A stretch of DNA of 64,000 nucleotides from assembly GCA_963716175.1 (NCBI GenBank), contig OY970296.1, positions 3,840,001-3,904,000 on the forward strand, in the 5' to 3' direction. How positions within the stretch are numbered: position 1 is the stretch's first letter; the number at the start of each line of letters is the position of its first letter. The position numbers and the translations under genes are program-made. Of this stretch, positions 7,977 through 17,910 are shown one piece after another. A model generated the notes under the pieces. It was not told the origin of the DNA, searched no databases, and saw nothing but the letters and a program-made list of their open reading frames with translations. This stretch comes from an uncultured Armatimonadetes bacterium. Its GTDB lineage: Bacteria; Armatimonadota; Hebobacteria; Hebobacterales; Hebobacteraceae.

Positions 7977-10900
7977 CTACTCCACCCAGATCGCTCCCTC
8001 CCCCAGCAGCCGCCGCACCGCCTCCGCGAACCTGTCGTCGTGGGCCACCAGGTACTCCCGCCCCAGTCGCAGCCTGCGCTCCTCCCGTTCGATCTGCACG
8101 TGCAACAGCACCTCGGTGTCGCCCCGGAACCGCCCGATCATGTCGCGCAGCTGCGTCATGGTTTCCGGCGGCGCGTCTTCCGGCAGCCGGATGTGCACCT
8201 GGGTCGCCGCATCGGCGGCGCCGGCGTCTGAGGCCCCCGCCTTCTCCGCCGCCTCCTCACTGTGAGTCCGCGGTTCGCCGTCCGCGCCCTGGCCTGGCCG
8301 AGACCTGCGCAGCCGGCGCGAGGGCCGGCCGTTGCGCATTGCGCTCCCATTGCGCAGTCGCTGGACCGCGTCCTCGTCCTTCAAGACAGCTATCTCGTCT
8401 GCGAGCAGCTCGTGCTTGGACCCTCCCTCTCGTTCCTCTCGCCATCTCTCGCTCATCTGCCCGCGCCCGCGCACCACGACGATCGTGTTCTCCGCCAGCA
8501 CCCCACTGAATCTTTCGTAAGGCTCGGGCAGCAGCGTCGCCTCGACAACCCCCGTCAGGTCTTCCAGGGTAAAGTGCGCGATCATCTTTCCGCTGCGGGT
8601 CACGCGCTTGCGCACCGAGGTCACGATCCCGCCCACGATCACCGCGCCCTCTCGCCGGCCCTCGCTCACTTCGACCGCCACGGCCGTGGTCAATCCGGAG
8701 AGTTGCTTCTGCACCGCCTCCAGGGGATGCCCGGAGAGGTAAGCGCCGAGGAGCTCTTTCTCCATCGCCAGCAGCTCTGCGGGTGAGAATTGCACCGCCG
8801 CCGGCAAGGGCGGGGAAGGCGGCTCCCCCTCCCCCGCGCTGTCGAGCGCGCCAAAGAGCGAGCTCTGGCCCGCGGCCCGGTCGCGCTGCAGCCGCGCCCC
8901 CCACTCCAGGGCCTGGTCAACCGCGGCCACCTGCGCAGCACGCGATCCGGGCAGGCTGGATACCGCTCCCGCCCGCGCTAGGCTCTCCAAGGCCAGCTTG
9001 TTCAGCTTGCCTGGCTCCACCCGCCCGCACAACTCGTACAGGTCACGGAAGCGCCCATGCTCGGCCCGTTCCGCCGCGACCGCCTCCACCGCCACTCGGC
9101 TCACGTGCTTCACACCGGCGAGCCCGAAGCGAATCCTCCCCTCCTCCACCGTGAACGCAGCTCCGCTCGCATTCACATCTGGCGGCAGCACTTCGATGCC
9201 CATACGCCGGCACTCCTGAACGTAGGCCGCCACTTTGCCCTTGTCATCCATGATGCTCGTGAACTGAGCGGCCATAAACTCCGGTGCATAGTGCGCTTTC
9301 AGGTAGGCAGTCTGATAGGCGTTGATGGCGTAGCTGGCCGAATGCGCCTTGTTGAAGCCATACCCCGCGAACTCGGCCATCTGGCCGAACAGCGTCTCCG
9401 CGGTCTTCCTGGGGATACCGTTCCCGGAGGCCCCGTCCAGGAACTCCTCACGGACTTTCGCCATGTCCTCTTGCTTCTTCTTGCGCATGGCGAATAGCAG
9501 CGATTCCGCCGAGGCCATGGACAGCCCTGCCAGCTGCCGCGCGATCTCCATCACCTGCTCCTGGTAGACGATCACCCCATAGGTCTCTTTCAGGATCGGC
9601 TCCAGCTTCGCGTGCAGGTAGCTGATATCACGGAGACCGTGCTTCCCCGCGATGTAGTTCGGGATCTGCGCCATCGGGCCCGGCCGGTAGAGCGCCACCA
9701 GCGCGATGATATCCTCCAACCCGCCCGGCTTGAGCTCTGTCACCACCTGGCGCATGCCGCTGCTCTCGAGCTGGAACACCCCCGCGGTCTCGCCCCGCGA
9801 GAGCAGCTCGAAGGTCGCAGCGTCGTCGAAGGGGATGTTGTCGAGGTCTATCTCCACGCCCCTGCGCCGGATCAGCTCCAGCGCATGCTTGATCACCGAC
9901 AGCGTGCGCAGCCCCAGGATGTCCATCTTCAGCAGGCCTACGTCGGTCACCGCGGTCATGTCGAACTGGGTCGTCACCCCCTCGCCTTCGGTCGAGCGCT
10001 GCAGCGGCACCACCTGCCTGAGCGGCTCCCGCGAGATCACCACCCCGGCGGCATGAGTAGAGGCGTGCCGCGCCAGACCCTCGATCCCCATCGCGGTGTT
10101 GAGCAGGTTGCGCACCTCCCCGCTCTCCTCGTACTCCCGCGCCAGGTCCGGGTTCTTCTCCACCGACTCCCGGATGGGCCGCATGGCGTCAATCATCTTG
10201 GCGATCCGGTCCACCTCCCGGATCGGCACCCGCATCGCCCGTCCCGCATCTCGCACTGCCAGGCGCGGACCCATGGTGCCGAAGGTGATGATCTGCGCCA
10301 CATGCTCCGCACCGTACTTCTCAGCGATGTACCGGATCACCTCATCTCGCCGCTCGTCCTCGAAATCGCAGTCCACATCGGGCATCGAGAGGCGCTCGGG
10401 GTTGACGAAGCGCTCGAACGGAATCCCGAACCTGATGGGGTCTATGCCGGTCACCCCCAGCAGGTAGAGGATGATGCTTCCCGGCGCCGAGCCCCGGCCC
10501 GGTCCCACCAGAATGGCGCGCTCGCGGGCGAATCGGTACAGGTCCCACGTTATCAGGATGTAGGTGGAGAGACCCTTGTCGGCGATGATCTTAAGCTCGT
10601 AGTCGAGCCGTTCCCGCACTGACTGCGCCCTGCCCGGATAGCGGCGGGAGAGCTGCTCCAGGCAGAGCTGGCGCAGGTAGGAATCTGGCGTCTGCCCCGG
10701 CGGCACCGAGAAGTCCGGCAGCACCACCTTGCCGAACTCAAGCTCCACCTGGCAGCGCTGCGCGATCTCGCCCGCGTTGACCAGCGCCTGCGGCCATTGC
10801 GCGAATAGGGCTGCCATCTCCTCCGGGGACTTGAAGTAGAACTGGTCGCTGCCAAACCGCAGCCGCTTGGGGTCATCCACCGTCGAGTTGGTCTGCACGC

Positions 10901-11585
10901 AGAGCAGCACGTCGTGGCTCCGGGCGTCCTCCGCCTGCAGGTAGTGCACATCGTTGGTGGCCACCAGTCCCAGCCCCAGTTCCTGGGCGATCCGCGCCTG
11001 GCCGGCATTCGCCTTCGCTTGCTCGGGGATGCCGTGATCCTGCAGCTCCAGGAAGAAGCGATCTCGCCCGAACAGGTCGCGGTACTCGCCGGCCAGCCGC
11101 CGCGCCTCCGCCTCCCGGTCCTGCAGGATGAGGCTGGCAATCTCTCCAGTCAAGCAAGCGCTGGTGGCGATCAGCCCCTTGGCGTATCGGCTGAGCAGCT
11201 CCCGGTCAACCCGCGGCTTGTAGTAAAAGCCCTCGAGGTGGCTATCAGTCACCAAGCCCATCAGGTTGTGGTAGCCAGTGAGGTCTTCGGCCAGCACCAC
11301 CAGATGCCGCAGGTCCGAGTCCGTCTTTCCCTCGCGGTCGAAGCGGCTGCGGGGCGCGACATACACCTCGCACCCGATGATGGGCCTCACGCCTCGTCTC
11401 TGGCAGGCCTTGTGGAAAGGAATCACCCCGTAGAGCGCGCCATGATCCGTGATGGCGACACCGCTCAGGCCGAACTGGGCGGCGCGAGCGGCCAGGTCGT
11501 CAATGCGGCAGGCGCCGTCCAGAAGGCTGTACTCGGTGTGCACGTGAAGGTGCGCGAAGCGGGGGCTATCGCTCGGCTGCGACAC
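7977..11585 (-). CDS. dnaE: DNA polymerase III alpha subunit
   Basis: 1202 aa; HLHVHTEYSLLDG, GPGRGSA, PDVDCDF, KMDILGL, YGFNKAH. Confidence 0.97.
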   Translation of the reverse strand: MSQPSDSPRFAHLHVHTEYSLLDGACRIDDLAARAAQFGLSGVAITDHGALYGVIPFHKACQRRGVRPIIGCEVYVAPRSRFDREGKTDSDLRHLVVLAEDLTGYHNLMGLVTDSHLEGFYYKPRVDRELLSRYAKGLIATSACLTGEIASLILQDREAEARRLAGEYRDLFGRDRFFLELQDHGIPEQAKANAGQARIAQELGLGLVATNDVHYLQAEDARSHDVLLCVQTNSTVDDPKRLRFGSDQFYFKSPEEMAALFAQWPQALVNAGEIAQRCQVELEFGKVVLPDFSVPPGQTPDSYLRQLCLEQLSRRYPGRAQSVRERLDYELKIIADKGLSTYILITWDLYRFARERAILVGPGRGSAPGSIILYLLGVTGIDPIRFGIPFERFVNPERLSMPDVDCDFEDERRDEVIRYIAEKYGAEHVAQIITFGTMGPRLAVRDAGRAMRVPIREVDRIAKMIDAMRPIRESVEKNPDLAREYEESGEVRNLLNTAMGIEGLARHASTHAAGVVISREPLRQVVPLQRSTEGEGVTTQFDMTAVTDVGLLKMDILGLRTLSVIKHALELIRRRGVEIDLDNIPFDDAATFELLSRGETAGVFQLESSGMRQVVTELKPGGLEDIIALVALYRPGPMAQIPNYIAGKHGLRDISYLHAKLEPILKETYGVIVYQEQVMEIARQLAGLSMASAESLLFAMRKKKQEDMAKVREEFLDGASGNGIPRKTAETLFGQMAEFAGYGFNKAHSASYAINAYQTAYLKAHYAPEFMAAQFTSIMDDKGKVAAYVQECRRMGIEVLPPDVNASGAAFTVEEGRIRFGLAGVKHVSRVAVEAVAAERAEHGRFRDLYELCGRVEPGKLNKLALESLARAGAVSSLPGSRAAQVAAVDQALEWGARLQRDRAAGQSSLFGALDSAGEGEPPSPPLPAAVQFSPAELLAMEKELLGAYLSGHPLEAVQKQLSGLTTAVAVEVSEGRREGAVIVGGIVTSVRKRVTRSGKMIAHFTLEDLTGVVEATLLPEPYERFSGVLAENTIVVVRGRGQMSERWREEREGGSKHELLADEIAVLKDEDAVQRLRNGSAMRNGRPSRRLRRSRPGQGADGEPRTHSEEAAEKAGASDAGAADAATQVHIRLPEDAPPETMTQLRDMIGRFRGDTEVLLHVQIEREERRLRLGREYLVAHDDRFAEAVRRLLGEGAIWVE

Positions 11586-11706
11586 CGTGGTCTCCTTTGA
11601 TCACTGAGCCGGACCGCCAGGTGAGGCCGGCGGCGCGACTCGGTCTGCGATGCTGGTGCGAACGGGGCCCGCCCTCCTCGCCACGGCGGACCGGATCAGC
11701 GGCCGG

Positions 11707-11735
11707 ATTATAGCACGGCCGGTCTGGGGCGTAAA
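11707..11735 (-). promoter_or_regulatory. Sigma70-type promoter for dnaE
   Basis: Minus strand TTTACG-17 nt-TATAAT with an extended TG. Confidence 0.55.
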
Positions 11736-11784
11736 CCGAGTGGCCGCGCGACTTCCGGCAGAGGTCGAGAAGCCCACAGAGTAC

Positions 11785-12144
11785 CTATAGACTCCGCATC
11801 GGACGCAGGCGCACGCGCCACTCAGTCACTACCGCGAAGTGGCCCGGAAGCCGGCCTTCTAGGGCGGGCAGCAACCTCATCAGCACAGATGCTTTCTGAG
11901 CGCCATCCTGAGCATCAAGGCGCAGCAGGATTACGCCTACTGGCAACCGTTTCTCACGATAGGCCATCTCGCCGAAATCCTTGTCGTTCGTGAGCACGAG
12001 CCGCGACTCGCGCCCTGCGAGGTCCAGCACCTCCCCGCCACTGGACCCAGGCGCCACGTCGGTGATGTAGGTGACATCGTGGCCTGCCTTGCGCAGCGCA
12101 GTGACAATCGGCTCCTGAACGTTCTCGTCGGCAACCAGTCTCAT
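11785..12144 (-). CDS. DUF5615 family PIN-like toxin
   Basis: MRLVADENV...L...GHDV...LVLTNDKDFGE; start overlaps the antitoxin stop (ATGA). Confidence 0.88.
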   Translation of the reverse strand: MRLVADENVQEPIVTALRKAGHDVTYITDVAPGSSGGEVLDLAGRESRLVLTNDKDFGEMAYREKRLPVGVILLRLDAQDGAQKASVLMRLLPALEGRLPGHFAVVTEWRVRLRPMRSL

Positions 12145-12380
12145 TCGGGAGCGCCTGCCGCAATGATCTCCTCCGATCCCACCGCGTCCGAAGCATAGGC
12201 GAGCGCAGCCTGCACGTCTTCTCGCGTGAGCCGAGGATAGTCCCGCAGGACTGCCTCAACACTGACATCTGCGGCCAGCTTGCGTAGGATCTGCTCCACT
12301 GGGATTCGCGTGCCTCGCACCACGGGCTTGCCAAGCATCACCTGCGGGTTGGTCTCGATCCTGTCTCTCCAGTCCACCAT
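12141..12380 (-). CDS. DUF433 antitoxin
   Basis: [25 protein letters not shown]...[16 protein letters not shown]; preceded by a GGAGG RBS. Confidence 0.9.
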   Translation of the reverse strand: MVDWRDRIETNPQVMLGKPVVRGTRIPVEQILRKLAADVSVEAVLRDYPRLTREDVQAALAYASDAVGSEEIIAAGAPE

Positions 12381-12506
12381 CGGTGCCTCCTTGCCCCTGT
12401 CGCAGCGCCCGGCCAGATGCTCTACCCCGCATTCGCAGACCCACTTCGCTCGTTCGTGGCCGGGTTCCTCCCCAATCCCGCGCCGGGCTGTTGGCTGGGC
12501 CAACGC

Positions 12507-12534
12507 TTGACGGCCGGCCGCACGCTGTTACAAT
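12507..12534 (+). promoter_or_regulatory. Sigma70-type promoter, probably giving a near-leaderless mRNA
   Basis: TTGACG-16 nt-TACAAT with TGn extension; ATG 8 nt downstream and no Shine-Dalgarno sequence. Confidence 0.5.
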
Positions 12535-12542
12535 CACCCGAT

Positions 12543-13001
12543 ATGAGCTGTCTGCATCGCCGCCGTTCCGCCTTCACCCTGATCGAGATGCTGGTCGTGA
12601 TCGCCATCATCGCTATCCTGGCCGGCATCATCCTGGCGGTTGGGGTGAAGTCCGTGCAGAAGACCAGGGCGACCTGGTGCCTGAACAACATGCGCCAGAT
12701 CGGGATGGCGGAGATAGGTCTATCCATGTCGCCCCTGATGGCGCGGGACCGCTCCGAGATCATCCACTGCCCCGCCGGGCCGCCAGGGCCGAACTACGGT
12801 CACAACCGCTACGTCCGCTCTCTCAGCCAGGTCTCGGACACGGCCCGCACCGTCTACCTCTACGAGAGCAAAGGCCAGGACACCGGCGACGAGTCAGATG
12901 TGGAGCCGCGACACCTGGGTGGGAGCAACTTCGTGTTCTGCGACGGGCACGCCAAGTGGTCGAAGGAGATCCCGCCCTTCCGGCTGCCGGGACGTGGCTA
13001 G
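12543..13001 (+). CDS. Prepilin-type N-terminal cleavage/methylation protein with H-X9-DG motif (short DUF1559-like)
   Basis: [44 protein letters not shown]. Confidence 0.85.
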   Translation: MSCLHRRRSAFTLIEMLVVIAIIAILAGIILAVGVKSVQKTRATWCLNNMRQIGMAEIGLSMSPLMARDRSEIIHCPAGPPGPNYGHNRYVRSLSQVSDTARTVYLYESKGQDTGDESDVEPRHLGGSNFVFCDGHAKWSKEIPPFRLPGRG

Positions 13002-13060
13002 AGCGCATTTCATAACCTACCTGCTGGCTGGCCACACCACGCCCTCGCATGAAACGCGCT

Positions 13061-14586
13061 CTAGTATGACTGCACCCGCTCTTCGGCCCGCCTCAGCCTT
13101 CGCAGCACCGCCTCCTTGCCCAGGACCACCATCAAGGCGAAGAGCCCCGGCCCCGCGGTGCGGCCGGTCACTGCCAGCCGGAGGCTGTGGATCACTGGGC
13201 CCGCGCCGCCCGATCTCTCCCCGACCTCTCGTACCGCCGCCTCCACGGTCTTCTCATCGAAGCTGGCCACACCCTCCAACGTGGTGCGCACAGCCGCCAG
13301 CAAGTCCGCGGCGCCAGGCCGTCGGAACCACTTGCGCTCACCCTTCTCATCATAGCCTGGTGGCTCCCGGAAGAAGAACTCTGTCAGCTCGGGGATCTCC
13401 GCCAGCGTCTTGGCGCGCTCCTGTTCCAGCATCAGCGCCCGGCCTACCTGTTCTCGTGGGAACGCGCTCAGGTCCAGGCCAGCTTGCTCCAGGAAAGGCC
13501 TCGCCCACGCGACATATTCCTCCGGAGACAAGCGCCGCAGGTAGAGGCCATTCATCCAGTTCAGCTTCTCCAGGTCGAAGACCGCACCCGATTTGCCAAC
13601 GCCCTCCAGGGAGAACTCCGCGATCATCTCCCCCGTGTCAGCACCTCCCGATCTTCGCCTGGCGACCAGCCCAGCAGGGCGATGAAGTTCATCACCGCCT
13701 CCGGCAGATAGCCCCGTTCCCGATACTCGGTGAGGGAGGTGGCCCCGTGGCGTTTGGACAGCTTGGAGCGATCGGGCCCCAGGATCAACGGGATGTGAGC
13801 GAACTGGGGCAGCGGCCAGCCCAGGGCGCGGTAGATATGGATCTGGCGGGGAGTGGCCGAGATCAGATCCTCGCCCCGGATCACATGCGAGATGCGCATA
13901 TCGTGGTCATCCACCACCACTGCCAGCAGATAGGTGGGGAATCCGTCCGCCTTCACGAGCACGAAATCGTCGAGCAGATTGTTCTCGAAGCTGACCTCGC
14001 CCCGGATCAGGTCGTGCCAGGCCACAGTCCCCTCGTCAGGGACGACGAACCGGGTGGCTTTCGGTCTGCCCTCCGCCTCCAGCCGGGCGCGTGCTGCGGC
14101 CGAGAGCCCGCGGCAGCGCCGGTCGTAGCGTGGCGGCAGGCCCTGGCGCTCCATAGCTTGGCGGCGCTCGGCCAGCTCCTCGGGGGTGCAGTAACATGGA
14201 TAAGCGAGGCCTTTCTCCAGTAGCAACCGTGCGACTTCCTGGTAGCGCGGCAGCTTCTGCGACTGGAAGTAAGGCCCATAGGGTCCTCCGACCTCCGGCC
14301 CCTCATCCCAATCGAGCCCGAGCCAGCGGATTCCCTCCAGGATGTCCCACGCGAACTCCGGAGAGGAGCGGGCCTGATCGCTGTCCTCCATCCGCAGCAC
14401 GAAGGCACCGCCGTGGTGACGGGCGAAAAGCCAGTTATAGAGCGTGGTACGGGCGAGGCCGATATGGAAGCGCCCGGTGGGAGCAGGCGCCATGCGCACC
14501 CGGATGCCCGAGGGAGCACAGCTCGTGCTTTCGCCCAGTTCGCACTCAGCAAGCGCGGGCTTCGCCCACGCCGGGGTTGTGGTCAT
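13061..14586 (-). CDS. gltX: Glutamate--tRNA ligase (apparent frameshift near 13630)
   Basis: [20 protein letters not shown] and KLSKRHG in 13624-14586; the C-terminal part ([17 protein letters not shown]...GPGL) is in 13061-13627. The break falls in a G homopolymer. Confidence 0.9.
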
Positions 14587-14744
14587 GGTATCCGTCAGCA
14601 CAGGGGCAGGAGACCCGCGTCTCCTGCCGGAGATCAGGCTTCTTCCCTGCCCGCAGGATTATAGCATGCCGGGCCGGGCGGCGAAACATAGCCCTGCAAT
14701 CGCGAGCGTGAGCAGGCGCGAGGTAATAGAGAGCGAGGCGATCT

Positions 14745-15182
14745 ATGGCCACCCACGGAGCGCAGGCGAGTCGCGCCAAGTCGCAGCCCAGAAAGCCCCT
14801 ATGGAGTTGCTGGAAGTGGGACCGGCTGGCGACGGGCCTGCTGCTGGCAGCAGGGGCCGGCGCGGTGTTCGGTCACGCCTGGAGCGCGGAGAACACGGCC
14901 TGGTGGTGGGTGGGATCCGTCACCCTCCCTGCTGGCCTGCTGCTGATCCTATCCGGCGTCTATGCGCGGGGCCAGGCTCGCCCGGGGGTCGCGCCTCCGC
15001 TGGGCGAGCTCCTGGTGCAGAAAGGATGGATCACAGAGGGCCAGCTCGGCAATGCCCTGGTCCGGCACTACCACGCCAAGCAGCCCCTGGGACAGGTGCT
15101 GGTCGAGATGAAGCTGATCACTCCGTCTCAACTGGCGCGGGCGCTGCAAGAACAGCTTGAGCGCAGACAACCGCCCGGGTAG
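14745..15182 (+). CDS. Small two-TM membrane protein with MshEN/T2SSE_N-like C-terminal domain
   Basis: Two hydrophobic segments followed by PLGELLVQKGWITEGQLGNALVRH-5 aa-PLGQVLVEMKLITPSQLARALQEQ. Confidence 0.7.
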   Translation: MATHGAQASRAKSQPRKPLWSCWKWDRLATGLLLAAGAGAVFGHAWSAENTAWWWVGSVTLPAGLLLILSGVYARGQARPGVAPPLGELLVQKGWITEGQLGNALVRHYHAKQPLGQVLVEMKLITPSQLARALQEQLERRQPPG

Positions 15183-15212
15183 GGCCTGCAGGGCGCGCAT
15201 ACCCGCCGGACC

Positions 15213-16484
15213 TCAGGAGCTTCGGCGACTCGTGACCTCCGACTCGTAGCGCTGCACTTCGGCCATCCACTCCCTGCCCGCGGGTACGCCTGAGCTGGCG
15301 CAGTAGTAGTCCCACACCGCGCCCAGCGGCAGCGTCTTTGCCTCCTCCATCAGCGCCAGCCGCGCGAAGTTGTCGCCTGCTTCCTCCGCCTCCTGCAGCT
15401 TCTGCCGCGGCTCCAGCAGCGCGGCCAGCAGGGCCTTCAACACCGCCCTCCCGCCGATCACCCAGGCCCCCACCCGGTTCATGCTGGCATCGAAGAAGTC
15501 CGACGCCAGATGCACTCGCTCCAGCGCCTGCCCCCGCACGATCTCCTCCATCACCGCCCTTACCGCGTCATCGAGCACCACCACATGGTCGCTGTCCCAC
15601 CGCAGACCTCGGCTGAGGTGCAGCAGCAGCTCATCCGAGAACTCCAGCAGGGCCGATATCTTGTCCGCGATGGATTCCGTGGGATGGAAGTGCCCGGTGT
15701 CGAGGCAGATCATCTTCCCCTTGGCCAGCGCGTAGCCCACATAGAACTCGTGGCTCCCCACCACGTAGGCCTCGCTGCCGATCCCGAACAGCTTGCTCTC
15801 CACCGAATCCTTCATCTCCTGGGGTGAGTAGTCCGTGGCGTAGATCGCATCCAGCGATTCCCGCAGCCGCCTGCGCGGCGCCCAGCGGTCGGCCGGGGCC
15901 TCCTTCGAGCCATCGGGGATCCAGAGGTTATGAATGCACGGGCTCGCCAGCTCCCGCCCGAAGTAGGCGGCAATGGCGCGGCAGCGTTCCACGTGCTGGA
16001 TCCAGAACTCCCGGATGCCCTGCTCCCGGTGGCTCAGCGTCCAGCCATCATCGGCCTTGGGATGAGAGAACAGCGTGGGGTTGAGGTCGAGCTGCAGCCC
16101 TTGCGCTCTTGCCCAGGCCACCCAGCCGCCGAAGTGCTCGCGCCCGATCTCATCCCGGTCCACCTTCTTGCCCCCGAATTCCCCGTACATAGCGTGCAGG
16201 GCCACTCGGTGGTGGCCGGGAAGAAGGGAGAAGACCTGCTCCAGGTCCATCCGCAGCTCCTCAACTGTCCTCGCCCTTCCCGGGTGCTTCCCGGTCACCT
16301 GGATCCCACCTCCAGACAGCGCGGCCCCGGGCCTCTCGAACCCCCCGATGTCGTCTCCTTGCCAGCAGTGCAAGGACAGCGAAACACTCTCCAGCCGCCT
16401 CAGCGCGCCCGCCACCTCCACGCCAAGCTCGGCATAGCGCTCCTGAGCCAGCTGGTAAGATCTCGCTGTGCTGTCTCCCGCCAT
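15213..16484 (-). CDS. rhaA: L-rhamnose isomerase
   Basis: SLHCWQGDD, WIPDGSK, VESKLFGIGSE.Y.VGSHEFY, LDTGHFHPTE, RWDSDHV, DFFDASMNR. Confidence 0.95.
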   Translation of the reverse strand: MAGDSTARSYQLAQERYAELGVEVAGALRRLESVSLSLHCWQGDDIGGFERPGAALSGGGIQVTGKHPGRARTVEELRMDLEQVFSLLPGHHRVALHAMYGEFGGKKVDRDEIGREHFGGWVAWARAQGLQLDLNPTLFSHPKADDGWTLSHREQGIREFWIQHVERCRAIAAYFGRELASPCIHNLWIPDGSKEAPADRWAPRRRLRESLDAIYATDYSPQEMKDSVESKLFGIGSEAYVVGSHEFYVGYALAKGKMICLDTGHFHPTESIADKISALLEFSDELLLHLSRGLRWDSDHVVVLDDAVRAVMEEIVRGQALERVHLASDFFDASMNRVGAWVIGGRAVLKALLAALLEPRQKLQEAEEAGDNFARLALMEEAKTLPLGAVWDYYCASSGVPAGREWMAEVQRYESEVTSRRSS

Positions 16485-16547
16485 GGTCTGCTCCTCTCGC
16501 CTTGGTGCATTCGCCGAAGCAGGCCGAGTTCACCTCTCACAGCATCA

Positions 16548-16642
16548 ATCCACAGATTGCGCAGATGGCGCAGATCGAGAACCAGACGCCCACCCGCCGG
16601 TGCGGGTGGGCGTCTTCTGTGGTATCTGCGTAATCTGCGGAT
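16548..16642. repeat. Long composite hairpin with 9-nt-periodic CAGAT arms
   Basis: atccacagattgcgcagatggcgcaga ... tctgtggtatctgcgtaatctgcggat arms enclosing a perfect inner stem agacgcccacccgc-cggt-gcgggtgggcgtct. Confidence 0.7.
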
Positions 16643-16653
16643 CGCCCTTGCTG

Positions 16654-17910
16654 TTAGTGCACCGAACAGGAGATGCACGGGTCGTAGGCGCGGACCAACA
16701 TCTCCAGCCCCCGCTGGATCTCCTCTTTGGGCTGGCGCGCCTCCTGGGCGACATAGGCCTGCATGTCCCGGTCGAGGTTAGCGTAGTTCTGTGCCGTCGG
16801 GATGATGCAGTTGGCCCGCTTGCAGCGGCCGCGCTCGTCGTACTCGTAATCGTGAATGAGCAGGCCCCGGGGGGCCTCCACCACACCCACGCCCCGGCCC
16901 GGCCGCGGCCGCACCTCGATCTCCTCTTCCTGAAGCCCGGTGTTGAGGATCTCGGCACAGGCCGAGATGCTGTCCTCCAGGCAGTGCACCAGCTCCACCA
17001 CCTGGGCGGCGGTGTTCAGGAACGGGTTATGCACCGGAGGCTTGAGGCCCAGGGCCTCCATCGCCTTCTTCGCCTGGGGGCGAAGCTGCTGCCAGTTGTT
17101 GTTGAGGCGGGAGAGCGCTCCGACGCGATAGCTGTCCCGGTGCCACTTCGCGTGCTTGGCGGTCGAATGCGAGACCACGAACTCCTGCACCGCCTCGCGA
17201 TACCGGTCCGCGGGAACCGAGCCGCCATCGCTGGACACGATCTCTCCTCCCAGCCAGGCATACTGATCGGGCTGCCTCAGCGAGACATACTCCGTCTCCC
17301 GCTCCAGGTGCGGCACCTCGAGCTTCTGGCAGAGCTCGACCGTGGCCTCCAGATCCGCCCGCAGCGCCACCAGGCGCTCCCTCATCTTTTCCACTTCCGA
17401 GAGTTTGGGCACCGCGGTGAAGCCGCCAGGCACGGCCGAGATGGGATGACAGTGCCGCCCCAGCACCATCTCCCCGAGGTCGTACCCGGTCTTCTTCAGG
17501 CGAAAGGCGCGCAGCACCGTCTCCGGGCTCTGCTTGATCAGGGGCAGCACGCTCTGCAGTCGCAGGAAATCCGGGGCGGCCAGGAAGTAGACATGCAGGC
17601 CGTGGCTGGAGATCTGCTCCGCGTTCATGGTCAGCCGGCGCAGCAGCCGCGTCTGCGGCGTGATCTGGATGCCCAGCGCCGCCTCCGTCGTCTGCAGGGA
17701 GGCGTAGCAGTGGCTCACCGCGCAGATGCCGCAAATACGAGTGGCGAGATGGGCCACCTCCTCCCAGTCCCGGCCCCGGAGGAACCCCTCGAAGAAGCGG
17801 TTCGCCTCCACCACCTGGAACAGCGCCTGCTTTACCCGACCATCCTCGAGCGAGGCCAGGATATTGCCGTGGCCCTCTACACGGGTAACGTGGTCGACCC
17901 GAATCTCCAT
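16654..17910 (-). CDS. hydA: Group 3b [NiFe]-hydrogenase (sulfhydrogenase) large subunit alpha
   Basis: TRVEGHG, L1 RICGICAVSH, EAPRG, L2 RAYDPCISCSVH. Confidence 0.93.
   Translation of the reverse strand: MEIRVDHVTRVEGHGNILASLEDGRVKQALFQVVEANRFFEGFLRGRDWEEVAHLATRICGICAVSHCYASLQTTEAALGIQITPQTRLLRRLTMNAEQISSHGLHVYFLAAPDFLRLQSVLPLIKQSPETVLRAFRLKKTGYDLGEMVLGRHCHPISAVPGGFTAVPKLSEVEKMRERLVALRADLEATVELCQKLEVPHLERETEYVSLRQPDQYAWLGGEIVSSDGGSVPADRYREAVQEFVVSHSTAKHAKWHRDSYRVGALSRLNNNWQQLRPQAKKAMEALGLKPPVHNPFLNTAAQVVELVHCLEDSISACAEILNTGLQEEEIEVRPRPGRGVGVVEAPRGLLIHDYEYDERGRCKRANCIIPTAQNYANLDRDMQAYVAQEARQPKEEIQRGLEMLVRAYDPCISCSVH

Noticed and set aside
8200-8370. Extra segment near the DnaE C-terminus as an intein
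   Set aside because: It is a short low-complexity linker with no Cys/Ser start or His-Asn end motif.
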